Assembly: GCA_950097015.1 (NCBI GenBank)
Contig: CATNEN010000001.1
Location: 17,732,001-17,796,000 of the forward strand
DNA length: 64,000 bases
DNA from: Macrostomum hystrix
Lineage: Eukaryota; Animalia; Platyhelminthes
Reading direction: 5' to 3'
The translations under genes were made by a program, and so were the position numbers. Positions within the stretch are counted from its first letter, which is position 1. The number at the start of each line of letters is the position of its first letter. A model generated the notes under the pieces. That model did not search any database. It had not been told where the DNA came from and saw only the letters and a list, made by a program, of their open reading frames with translations. Of this stretch, positions 24,123 to 35,812 are shown in pieces.

Positions 24123-25709
24123 ATTAATTTCCCGATTGACATTCACATTCACATTCACATTCAAACAAGAGTATTGTAACTTAAAAAATAACCATTCAAT
24201 TACAGCGAAACTTACAAGATCTTCTGATGCAACTAAGATAACGTTCCAAAAAAAATATAATTTATTTTTCTCAATGCATAAAAGAATTACACAGCTTTGA
24301 AGTTTGTTCCTATCTCCGCAGTGTATATTCTTGTACTTTCAAAAAGTAACTTCTACTGCATCAATCGCAATGAAAATTTACAAAACCTCTGATGCAATCG
24401 AGTTGATTGGATGTGTAAAATTTCAGACTGATTCATGAAAGCGTCTGCGGGTTATTCAATGTTAAAGTGTGTTTCGTATCTCCGTAGTGTATTTTTGGGA
24501 GCCAGCTTGACATTCGCAGGCAGACACTTCTACTGCATCAATCGCAATGAAAATTTACAAAACCTCTGATGCAATCGAGTTGATTGGATGTGTAAAATTT
24601 CAGACTGATTCATGAAAGCGTCTGCGGGTTATTCAATGTTAAAGTGTGTTTCGTATCTCCGTAGTGTATTTTTGGGAGCCAGCTTGACATTCGCAGGCAG
24701 ACACTTCTACTGCATCAATCGCAATGAAAATTTACAAAGCCTCTGATGCAATCGAGTTGATTGGATGTGTAAAATTTCAGACTGATTCATGAAAGCGTCT
24801 GCGGGTTATTCAATGTTAAAGTGTGTTTCGTATCTCCGTAGTGTATTTTTGGGAGCCAGCTTGACATTCGCAGGCAGACACTTCTACTGCATCAATCGCA
24901 ATGAAAATTTACAAAACCTCTGATGCAATCGAGTTGATTGGATGTGTAAAATTTCAGACTGATTCATGAAAGCGTCTGCGGGTTATTCAATGTTAAAGTG
25001 TGTTTCGTATCTCCGTAGTGTATTTTTGGGAGCCAGCTTGACATTCGCAGGCAGACACTTCTACTGCATCAATCGCAATGAAAATTTACAAAACCTCTGA
25101 TGCAATCGAGTTGATTGGATGTGTAAAATTTCAGACTGATTCATGAAAGCGTCTGCGGGTTATTCAATGTTAAAGTGTGTTTCGTATCTCCGTAGTGTAT
25201 TTTTGGGAGCCAGCTTGACATTCGCAGGCAGGTAAATGTAAATGTAGTGGACTTACGCTCGATGAGTTTGAGCTTGAATCGACGCCGGAACATTGGGAAC
25301 TTGAATGTCTGCGAATGTCAAGCTGGCTCCCAAAAATACACTACGGAGATACGAAACACACTTTAACATTGAATAACCCGCAGACGCTTTCATGAATCAG
25401 TCTGAAATTTTACACATCCAATCAACTCGATTGCATCAGAGGTTTTGTAAATTTTCATTGCGATTGATGCAGTAGAAGTTACTTTTTGAAAGTACAAGAA
25501 TATACACTGCGGAGATAGGAACAAACTTCAAAGCTGTGTAATTCTTTTATGCATTGAGAAAAATAAATTATATTTTTTTTGGAACGTTATCTTAGTTGCA
25601 TCAGAAGATCTTGTAAGTTTCGCTGTAATTGAATGGTTATTTTTTAAGTTACAATACTCTTGTTTGAATGTGAATGTGAATGTGAATGTCAATCGGGAAA
25701 TTAATACGT
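24119..25709. mobile_element. Non-autonomous foldback/Mutator-like element with ~400-bp TIRs and an internal 177-bp tandem array
   Basis: 9-bp TSD CGAATCTCA at 24110-24118 and 25710-25718. Inverted arms ~24119-24519 and ~25309-25709. Five 177-bp units start at 24350, 24527, 24704, 24881 and 25058. Confidence 0.92.
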
Positions 25710-26605
25710 CGAATCTCATTGCTTTATTCAGCCAGGTGGTGACACTGCTGTCTTTTCTGCCCAATCGAGTATCTCTCTTTTAACGAAAGGCTCTTTGTAA
25801 GTAGTCTATGGCAGAGAGCTGGGCTAGTCACCAATGTGGAACCTGAATCAGCTGCACCGTTTGCTAGAATCTTTATGCAATTCCCTCACTCCAATGAGCT
25901 CGTTATGCGTGACAAATTTTTTATAAGCTGCCTTGCTTCAATTCAATGGCGTTCACTCAATACAATTTCAGCTCCCTGCGTTGCTTGGAAACGGACTCCA
26001 AGATAGTGAGTTCCTGTCTGCGCTCATTGTACGCCAGCGTTCTTTCAGCATCGATTGTTTCCCAGTTCTATTTTTGGCGTCCTGGCAGCAGATGCTTTTT
26101 TATTATTTAACAAGATTTGTTGAAAAAAGGTTTACAATAGTTTCGATTTTGCGAGATGCAAGCACAAGAAGCAGTGGCAGCGCCTTGTGTCGGGCCGGTT
26201 GCATTGTATCCTAGACGTTTTGAAAAGCAGTCGTGGACTCATCGTATTTAAATCATCGTATCTGTCTTCTGAATAGAATTTTATTTTGCGTCATTCATTT
26301 TTAGCACAAACGAATCTTAATAAGAAACTAATCTTAAGCGTCTGGACAGGAAATCAAATTAAGAGTACTAGGCTAACAATTTACTCAGAACAATTAACAG
26401 AAAACTTCTCTGGTTACATTAACAGTCGGAAGACCACGTAATAAATTCAACCAATCGTCATTAAAAATCCGGGCTGAAATTTTCCGCTCTATCCGACGAA
26501 ACAACTTCCAGAATCACAAAACATCGCCATCGTCGAGATATTCAACGATTAAGGTCGGTGCGTGTCTGTTGCCAAGAACCAAGAAAATGTTGGCATCAAT
26601 TTTAG

Positions 26606-27859
26606 TCACTTTTTAATCAGGCACTCGGGTCGAAACGCAGCCGGCATGTACTCGCCTAACAGGCGCTTCTCAAACCTGCCATCGGAGCGCACCAAGTAGA
26701 TGGGAAAGTCTTCTGGGCAGAACTCGCACAATGTCTGCCTGCAGGAGCCGCACATGCGCGGATAAGCCCCACTGGAGCTGCCTTCGTCCGGGCAGGGGCA
26801 GGACACGGCCAGAGCGGCGAACTCGCGGTGACCGCTGGCCACGGCGGAGCAGACGGCCGTCTTCTCGGCGCAGTTGCTGATCGGGTAGGCGCAGTTCTCG
26901 ACGTTGCAGCCGACTACAATGTCAGCGCCGTTGGCTAGGAGAAGCGCTGCGCCGACCTTAGTTTTCAGTGAAATTGAGCATGCTAGAAAATGCCCAAGCT
27001 TAAACTTAAGGCAAAGCAAGCTAAGGAGAGAATTAAATAAACAACAGCGGGTCGGACTTGGGAATTGGAAGTATTAGGCATTAAGTGAGACAGGGAGAGA
27101 TAAGACGCGGGAGAGATGAGACATGGGAGACATGAGACAGGGGAGAAATGAGACACGGGAGAGATGAGATAAAAGAGAGAGGATATAGGAGACAGATGAG
27201 ATAGGGGAGAGATTAGCGCAAGAGAGATGAGATAGGAGAGAGATGAGATAGGAGAGAGAGGAGATAGGAGAGAGATGAGACGCGGGAGAGGGAGAGATGA
27301 GACACGGGAGAGATGAGGCTCGGGAGAGATGAGACACGGGAGAGATGAGGCTCGGGAGAGATGAGACACGGGAGAGATGGGGGAGACATAAGACGCGGGA
27401 GAGATGAGACGAGGGAGATGAGACACGGTAATAAGACACGGGAGAGATGAGACACGGGAGAGATGAGACACGGAAGATGAGACACGGGAGAGATGAGACA
27501 CGGAAGATGAGACACGGTAATAAGACTCGGGAGAGATGAGACACGGAAGATGAGACACGGGAGAGATGAGACACGGAAGATGAGACACGGTAATAAGACT
27601 CGGGAGAGATGAGACACGGGAGATGAGACACGGAAGATGAGACACGGTAATAAGACTCGGGAGAGATGAGACACGAGAATTGAGACCCGGTTTCACAAGC
27701 TAAGTCAAGGTTGGACAGCCGCTGCTTTAAAACACGAATCGCAACTTTCCAAGCTTCAGTCTCAACCTTGTAGTTGCTGTAAGGTGCGTGAGCATTCGCT
27801 GAAGCTGCAATCGCGGCGTTCATCAGCTTCTTGGCCAGCTGCTCGGAGATCTGCGCCAT
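26606..27859 (-). CDS. CDA: Cytidine deaminase (homotetrameric CDA type), two exons
   Basis: Exon 27859-27767 (MAQISEQ...APYSNYK) and exon 26956-26606 (VGAALL, GCNVEN, CAEKTA, MCGSCRQ, YMPAAF), joined by a phase-0 GT-AG intron. Confidence 0.92.
27085..27680. repeat. GA-rich minisatellite in the CDA intron
   Basis: Tandem GAGATGAGACACGGGA variants. Confidence 0.9.
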
Positions 27860-28499
27860 GGTCGATGCCGATGCCTGTCTGGATATCCGGCTCCGCAAAT
27901 AGCTTTCTTATTAGAGCTTTGCTTACTTCGTCCAACTGGAGCTTTAGTCTATGGCCAATCTAGCCTAGAAATTCCTACAAAATGCTATCCTGGAATATAC
28001 GAGTAGTTAATAAAATATGCGCACAGCGCAGCCAGACACTTCTGTCGCTATATGATTTCCGTTTTTTTCTAAAAGCTTAAAGCTATAATCCTAGGCAATT
28101 AATATCTGAGGAGTATTATAACCAGGTCCTACAGTTGGGCTTAGTAAGATAAGGGACGACACAGCCGACCTTATGCGCCAGTTAATTATTTGTTACGCTG
28201 AGCCTCTTCAACAAGGGCGTTATCGAAACTCACAAACAAGGATTGGCCAATTTATTGCAGCCTTATTAGACCATGATAAACAGTCCACATGGAAGAGCTG
28301 TATTGCTGCTCAACTGATAAGATTTGTGCGACTCGACGGGATAAACGGAATGAGCAGATAACATTTGCTTTTCCTGATTGATAACACCTGCCCCAGTTGG
28401 GCCAGATGTGCAGCCGACAGCACAGCCGCAGCTATTGCGCGGCGCATCTGAAGGCTGCGTACGGCTGTTCAGTCCATGGACCGCGAATTACCCAAGATG

Positions 28500-28646
28500 A
28501 TGCTGGTACCCGTATGCTGGGTGAATTGAAGCAATGCAGACAGAGTTAAGTGTTTTGCTAAAGGACACAAACTGTTCCAGTTCAGTGGAGTCGAGAATCA
28601 AACCCCGAACTTCAAGTCGCGAGTCCGACACTCTAACCACAAGGCT
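28500..28646 (-). mobile_element. tRNA-derived SINE (MetaSINE-like core), partial
   Basis: Minus strand: A-box-like TGGTTAGAGTGTCGG, B-box-like GGTTTGATTCT, then TTGTGTCCTTTAGCAAAACACTTAACTC...CACCCAGC...GGGTACC. Confidence 0.6.
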
Positions 28647-29020
28647 GTCACCCACCAATCCTTCAGTTCACAGCCTGTCACCCACCAATCCTTCAGTTCA
28701 CAGCCTGTCACCCACCAATCCTTCAGTTCACAGCCTGTCACCCACCAATCCTTCAGTTCACAGCCTGTCACCCACCAATCCTTCAGTTCACAGCCTGTCA
28801 CCCACCAATCCTTCAGTTCACAGCCTGTCACCCACCAATCCTTCAGTTCACAGCCTGTCACCCACCAATCCTTTAGTTCACAGCCTGTCACCCACCAATC
28901 CTTCAGTTCACAGCCTGTCACCCACCAATCTTTCAGTTCACAGCCTGTCACCCACCAATCCTTCAGTTCACAGCCTGTCACCCACCAATCCTTCAGTTCA
29001 CAGCCTGTCACCCACCCAAC
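28643..29020. repeat. 30 bp minisatellite
   Basis: About 12 copies of CTGTCACCCACCAATCCTTCAGTTCACAGC. Confidence 0.95.
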
Positions 29021-29459
29021 AATCACAGGCAGTCACATCAGTTTAATAGAGAATAGTTATTAGACAAGAATACAATGGTTTCCTTATTGGAACAAAATCG
29101 GTCGTTGCATCACCAGGACATCACCAGCTACAGCAATATCAAGCAAAAGTTTATTTTTTCATGGTAGTAAACTCATAAACTATAAAGAATAGAAAACTCT
29201 AGGACTCAGCAGGTGTTACAGAATATATAGTCTTTCTAAAACAGCAATCTGAAATTAAAATAGTTATTAGTACTCGAAAAGCATTGCAAGATGCTGACTG
29301 AAAAACGTCTGACACCGCGTAAAAATAATACACGAGATGAGAAAAAAAGCATGAGAAAAGCACATGAAAGTTGAGCTTGAATGCTCCATACTGTAAATAA
29401 CAGGTGGAATAAATTCAACCACAATCCATGAATTTCTTTCTAAGCTGATCAGTTTAGTC

Positions 29460-30030
29460 CAGGGGTCGGCAACCTCCGGCCCGCGGGCCAGATGCGGCCC
29501 TCGAAGCTCACAAATCCGGCCCTTAGCTCCTCCTAACACCTACTCTACAGTACACCCTATCTCATCTCTCCCCTATCTCATCTCTCCCCTGTCTTATCTC
29601 TCCCCTGTCTTATCTCTCCCTGTCTTATCTCTCTCCTGTCTTATCTCTATCCTGTCTCATCTCTCCCCTGTCTCACCTCTCCCTGTCTTATCTCTCCCTG
29701 TCTTATCTCTCCCTGTCTTATCTCTCCCTGTCTTATCTCTATCCTGTCTCATCTCTCTCCTGTCTCATCTCTCCCCTGTCTCACCTCTCCCTGTCTTATC
29801 TCTCCCCTGTCTTATCTCTCCCCTTTTTCATCTCTCCCCTGTCTCATCTCTCTTGCGTCTTATCTCCCCCGTCTCATCTCTCCTGTGTCTCATCCACAGA
29901 TACTATAATGACTATAATAACAGTTATTATAGTATCTGTGGTCTCATCTCTCCCCTTTCTTCATGCGTCCCGCCGTCTTCTTTAAGATTCTCTCTTTAGC
30001 CCGCGTGGTATATAAGGTTGCCGACCCCTG
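29460..30030. mobile_element. hAT (Charlie-like) MITE carrying an internal CT-rich minisatellite
   Basis: TIR CAGGGGTCGGCAACCT / AGGTTGCCGACCCCTG. 8-bp TSD GTTTAGTC at 29452-29459 and 30031-30038. Subterminal CGGCCC motifs. Confidence 0.93.
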
Positions 30031-30416
30031 GTTTAGTCGAATGCATTGCAATGTAGTCACAATGATGCTATAGAGATTGACAAGGAGGGCTAAGTGACAA
30101 ATAGAAATACAACAATGCTAATGCATTTCAGATGCCAAAGGCAAACTGCACTAATGAAATACCAGCGCTTGCAACGATCGAAAATTATCCTCAGTGAAAC
30201 TAGAAATAGGTTCAAATACAACAGAACACAGACGATCAGTTATTTACATCGAATTGCTGTTTGCTATAAAAATATGTCTATACACCAACAAAAAAAACAC
30301 CAGCTTTAACTACCTTTGCCGAAAGCCATAATTCTTGATAGAATATAAAGCTGCCCAACCACTGCGAGCAAATGATAAGATCATATGATATTGTTTTTTT
30401 AATTATTAGCAGAGCT

Positions 30417-31259
30417 TCACCACTTGTTGATGCCAAAGATGCGAACTCTATAGAACACTGGCAACTTTGGCGCGATAGACAGCACAACTAGCGAGACAGC
30501 GTTCAATATGAAGTGAACCTGATCGTATCTGCTGTAGAAAGTGGCCAGCATGAAACTGGAAGGGTGTGATAAATGCGCGGAATTGATGTACGTTCAGTAC
30601 ATTAGCTGGAGGAACTCCTTCGGAGGAAAACGGAGTGTCCACCGTGTTATAACAGGCATACATTAGCTGGAGGAACTCCTTCGGAGGAAAACGGAGTGTC
30701 CACCGTGTTATAACAGGCATACATCAGCTGGAGGAACTCCTTCGGAGGAAAACGGAGTGTCCACCGTGTTATAACAGGCATACATTAGCTGGAGGAACTC
30801 CTTCGGAGGAAAACGGAGTGTCCACCGTGTTATAACAGGCATACATTAGCTGGAGGAACTCCTCCAGCTATTCACAGTAGCTGAACAAAAAATAATTATT
30901 AAATGCATTGGACAGACCATTGTAAAAACTTACACAACAATGGGTACAACCAGAAGAAACTTCTTATTGGCGGTGAACTGCACCCCGTCGTCCATCTGTT
31001 CCCAGTGAGTGAGGGTTCGACTCTCGCCCTGGTCCATAGGCTCAAATGGGGCGCCCTTCTCCCAGTGCAGCCACAGGTAGGTGATGATGTTGTGAATCTG
31101 GCAGGTGAGGGTCCAGGCCAAACCGATGCTGAAGAACGGCACAGAAAGAATGATAAAATGGGCGATCAGAATGAATATGATGTAGGTCATCCAGATGCCT
31201 CTCGAGTTAAAATATATGTGATTCGGATTAGGATCCGAATGCGCTGTGCCAACTTGCAT
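30417..31259 (-). CDS. ORMDL: ORM1-like protein (regulator of serine palmitoyltransferase), 154 aa
   Basis: Exons 31259-30934 and 30555-30417 join in phase (gt|t). Motifs NPN...NSRGIW, LHWEKGAPFE, LTHWEQMDDG and PKLPVFYRVRIFGINKW*. Confidence 0.95.
30600..30870. repeat. 61 bp tandem repeat (~4.4 copies) filling the ORMDL intron
   Basis: Units start at 30600, 30661, 30722, 30783 and 30844. Confidence 0.95.
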
Positions 31260-33395
31260 GACTAGCTGAGTGAGTGCTGAAAGCTGAAATAAAATGGTTA
31301 TTGTTAAAAAGTGGGGCACAATGGGCTGTTAAAAAAAATTACATATTTAGCTAGATATTAATTCTATAATTCATAACATAATTTTTAGAAAAACTTAAAT
31401 TGCAACTTACTTTAGGTTTCTATCTCATAGCTATATATATGTATTCAAGAAATTTGTTTATAAAATTACTTCCTTTGATAAAAAATAACTAATGTTCTAA
31501 CATAACTGAACTTCCTGAATTTCTGTAGCTAGCTATAGTAAACTAATTTCGTAGTTGCCTGCATATGGCAATATCCAAAGCACAAAAAATAGTTTTAGGG
31601 TAATATATTGTGGTAAAATTTACTTGTGTCAGAATTAAGTTTAAACAATTTTTTAAATAAATTTGACAAATTAGGTTAAAATGATCTTGCCTTTTTGCAA
31701 AATAACAAAGCCAATCATAAGTTTGCAAATATTTTGGAGTTGCTGTGCAAGAATAGAATGTTCAAATAAGCTGTAATTTTACTTACTACCTTTTACACAT
31801 CTGCTCTACTATATGTTAAAGTGGCATAACTATTAAACATACTGAACAAAACGTATAGCTGTTTAAAACACATACATGCGCAACACCCAGCCAAACCAGC
31901 CAGGTGAAACGAGGGCCAAGCAAGGTAAGTCCCAAAAACCAATTGACCAAGTGCAAAAAAATCAAAGGGGGACCAAGGGACAAAAAGGAAGGCATGAAGA
32001 AAAGGAAAAGGGGAGAGAAAAAGAGAGCAAAGAAGAGCAAACTAAGTCGTAAATTAATCAATGAAACAAACTAAGTTGCAAATGAGAGCAAACTAAGTCG
32101 CATGGCCGGCTAAGATTTAGGAGGTTGCGCATGTATGAGCATGAGCCATAGACATTTTAGGATTGAATGTCATTAGGGAAGTGCAAGAAATAAAAAAAGC
32201 ACAAAGCAATTTGCACTTACTCAGCTGATGTTTTTTTCACTCACTCAATCAAAACAGACAAAAAATCTGTTTGGGAATGGTTTAAAATGGTTTCATGGCA
32301 TTTTTTTCTTATATGCTGGCTTCCTCCAAATATCATAAATAATTTTGCCTGTAAGCATTCTAATATTATAATGCAGGCTGGTATAGCACAATAGTATAAA
32401 ATATGTGGGTATACTCTTTAGTTGAATTTGATTGGCTCAACACAGAGGCATGTGCAACTCACCTTGCTTTATTTTTTAGTTGCCAGTGGCATTATATGAT
32501 CTATAAATATATATATTACCTTTAGGAATAAGGGTATATAGCAAATCTTTATTGGCTTAATTGCACATCTGCACCTTGGTATCTACCCTGCTTTACAGAA
32601 ATTGCACCTAAATGAGCATGTAAGGTTTTAAAGGGGCTTGCAGCAGTAACAACTTTAGAAGAATTAGCACCTTTGGAAGGCACTAATATTAGCTATCTAA
32701 AAATCCTACATTAGTATGTAAAACATATTGGTTTCCAATTTTCACTAATCTTACCTCAGTTTTGTCAACTGTGTAAAGCATTTATAAAAAATTGGATTGA
32801 TATTTATTTTTTTGCACTTATTCCTATTTTCTGTGATAAATTAAATGCCTGAAAATGCAACTTCATACAAAGTCACTTTGTCATATAGATATAGTGCTAC
32901 AATTAAATTAATGAGTAGAACTAATATTATTAAGTACATGTGTTGTAAATTGTAACAAAGGTTATGAGAATAAATCTGACTAACGAAATTGTAATTCTGC
33001 ATATTAACATGCCAAATAAAAAATAATAATAATATATATACTAATATATATACCAAGATTTTTCGACGCTTAGAGTAGAGATAAAAGTTAAACATAAACT
33101 AATTACAGTAAGTAAGTTCAATAAATATTTTACAATTATTTGCATCACGCCACAGAACTATAAAAGTTTCTAAGAAACGTCTCTCTGATTGTATTTGTGC
33201 GATTTTGAAAGCATAACAAACGGTTCTATTTGGAAACTTCATTTATCGTCTAAGGAAACTGAGCTACATAAAATGAGATAAAATAAATTTATTTAACGCG
33301 TAATTATCATTACTATTTACTTATTTGTTTCTAAAGGTATGTTTCATGTAACTATTTAGTTTACGAAATTTCTCACATTTTTTCATATTTACAGC

Positions 33396-35774
33396 ATGAA
33401 TTTGAACAGTGCCGACTGGTAATAAAGTAACTGTATAACTCTACACTCTAATAATTAAAACATGCCTATCTTTTCCTCTAGTGTGAGGCCAAAGTGTGAT
33501 TTGTCTGTGACTGGCTATAAAACATTTTCAGCTGATCTAAGGTAATTTTTACGTTTTACTTGTATTTGTTTCATTAAATGCAGTTTGTTTCAATGTAAGA
33601 CACAACATCAAACATCAACTCACTTTAACAGTCAACAGAGACTAGCTACAATCCAGTCTCTAGTCAGAGAAGACGAGACATTGCTAGTGGTATGCGGCAT
33701 TGACAGCCATTTCAGCCAGGGCAGCCAACAGCTGTTTGACTATTTGCTCTTTAATGTGGGCCAAAAGAGAGCTGCAGAAATCCAACGGTGAGCATTTTTC
33801 ACAATGGACCCTGAGAATTCTTAAATGGGGAATTTCTATTATTCTAGTCATGCATTCGATAATTAATTTGTCCTTATTACGCAGCACTAAACTCGAGGAC
33901 GAGCATTTCGACGATGTAGTCCTGTCGATTCGTAAAGATCGCGTACAAGTCTATCTAAATCCAGCTAACTATTGGTTCTACTTGCCGTACGTGGCAGCTT
34001 GGCGGAATGTGGATATCTTCTGCGCGCCTGATGCCTTGGTAAATCCAAGCTTTTTGGTGCTGCTTGATATGTAGTCTATAAAGTGCTTTTATGGATAATT
34101 TTTTTTCATTCTGCTTTTAAACAGTTTGACGACCAAGATGCGATGGAGGAATTGAAGATGAAGTTTCTGGTGCAGGCTGTTCAAGGCTGCGGTTCTGTGT
34201 GCATCGCTTACTATGGCAGAGGTGGGAGATATATACTTTGTCATGTCTCCAAGTTTATTTTCTAAATTTTGCTTCATGAACGCCAAATTTTATAGTAATA
34301 CATCGTATTAATTATTTCTGTCACCTCAGACCACATTGCGGAGTCCAAGTCGTTCAGTCCCATGCTGGTTGAGAAGTGGCCTCTAGTTCAGGCCTACGCT
34401 GTGGATGGCTTCGGAGTGTGAGTAGCATTTTTTTCACTTTTATCATCCAGGAGAATCTAATTTAGCCCAATCTACAATGGGGAGTAGATTGTTTCAATTC
34501 CAGTGGAACTTTCTTCACGCTGAAGCACCAAGTTCGAGACATCAGCCAAGAGGCCATTGCCGCGCTGCAGTCCGTTGACGCGGCAGTTGTGGAAGATTTG
34601 CTTGAAAAGGTGAGCAAAATAATTGAATGAATCCCATTAATGAAATAATATTTTAATTTTCAGGGGCTGTATGACATCGAACATCATTTGGTGACAGTGA
34701 CTCACAGCCAGCAAGGAGGAAATTCTTCTGGCTCCTGAGCACATGCTCACCAAGGACCACTAGGAGTAAAAGGACGGGAAACTTAGAAAATAATTGAAGG
34801 CTTGTTTTCACAAAAATACACGATGCAGATGGGAAATTTTCTCTTTTCTTTAAATCAGAAAAAAGTGAATAGCGCGAGTTGCCCGACAACCCTAATAGAA
34901 CCAGTAAATTAACAAAATAAAACAAAAAACATTGCAGCCAATGAAGCCGTTCAAGCACCAGTTTGACTCCACATTTCAAACCATCGACCTGCTGGCTGGT
35001 AGAAGTGACTGGAAACTCTTCACCGCGGACAAATCCTTGGAGCTGCTCATTGAGGTGCGTAAATTATTTAAAAATCAAGATGCATTCGCACCAGTTGCTT
35101 TCCATTTCTCAGAATAAATTTTACGTGTCACAAATTTTAGCCATTTCGTTCCTACGCTCTGCACGAGCTGTCAGGCAGTAGAGGAACTAGGTAAAAGTCC
35201 ACTTTCTTCGGAATGAACTATTCGGGATGATAATTGTGAAATATTAATGCTTAAAAACCGAATAACATTTTTTAGTGATCGCCAGTCGATGCTGTCCAGT
35301 TTTCTGACATTCGACACAAAAAAATCCACCATCCGAGATGTTCGCGAACAAGCAAAAACACAACACGCCATTGTGAGAGCACCTCATGGTCCATTGGCTG
35401 CCAGCTTTGTAAGTAAAGAATTAAAAAAAGCGTTATACTCGCTACTGAGCTAAGTAGAAATGCTAGAATATTGTTGGAAATAAATAATTATTTCTTAATT
35501 CGATTTCCAGATCGTGCAATCGGAAGATCGTCTTCACAGCCTCGTCTGCGGCAGAACAGGCTTCCTGCACTGGCGCCTGCCCCATGGTGTGCAATCCATC
35601 TTTGACTGCTTGTAGCCAAGGGGTCAGAGCTTTGGGATTCTGTGCGAAAGTTCGACAGTTCGAATCTTAGCCCAAGGAAAAAATCTGTTCCTGCATTTTA
35701 ATGGTTCGATTGGTAGCTGAAAAGTTGGTTACAGCATCAGTGTTACCTGCAACCTAAAGCCGCTTACACTAGTT

Positions 35775-35812
<38 letters not shown>

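Noticed and set aside
22000-27859. Calling the deaminases AID/APOBEC-like
   Set aside because: They have CAE (not HxE), PYS..VGAA and NVEN motifs of tetrameric nucleoside CDAs.
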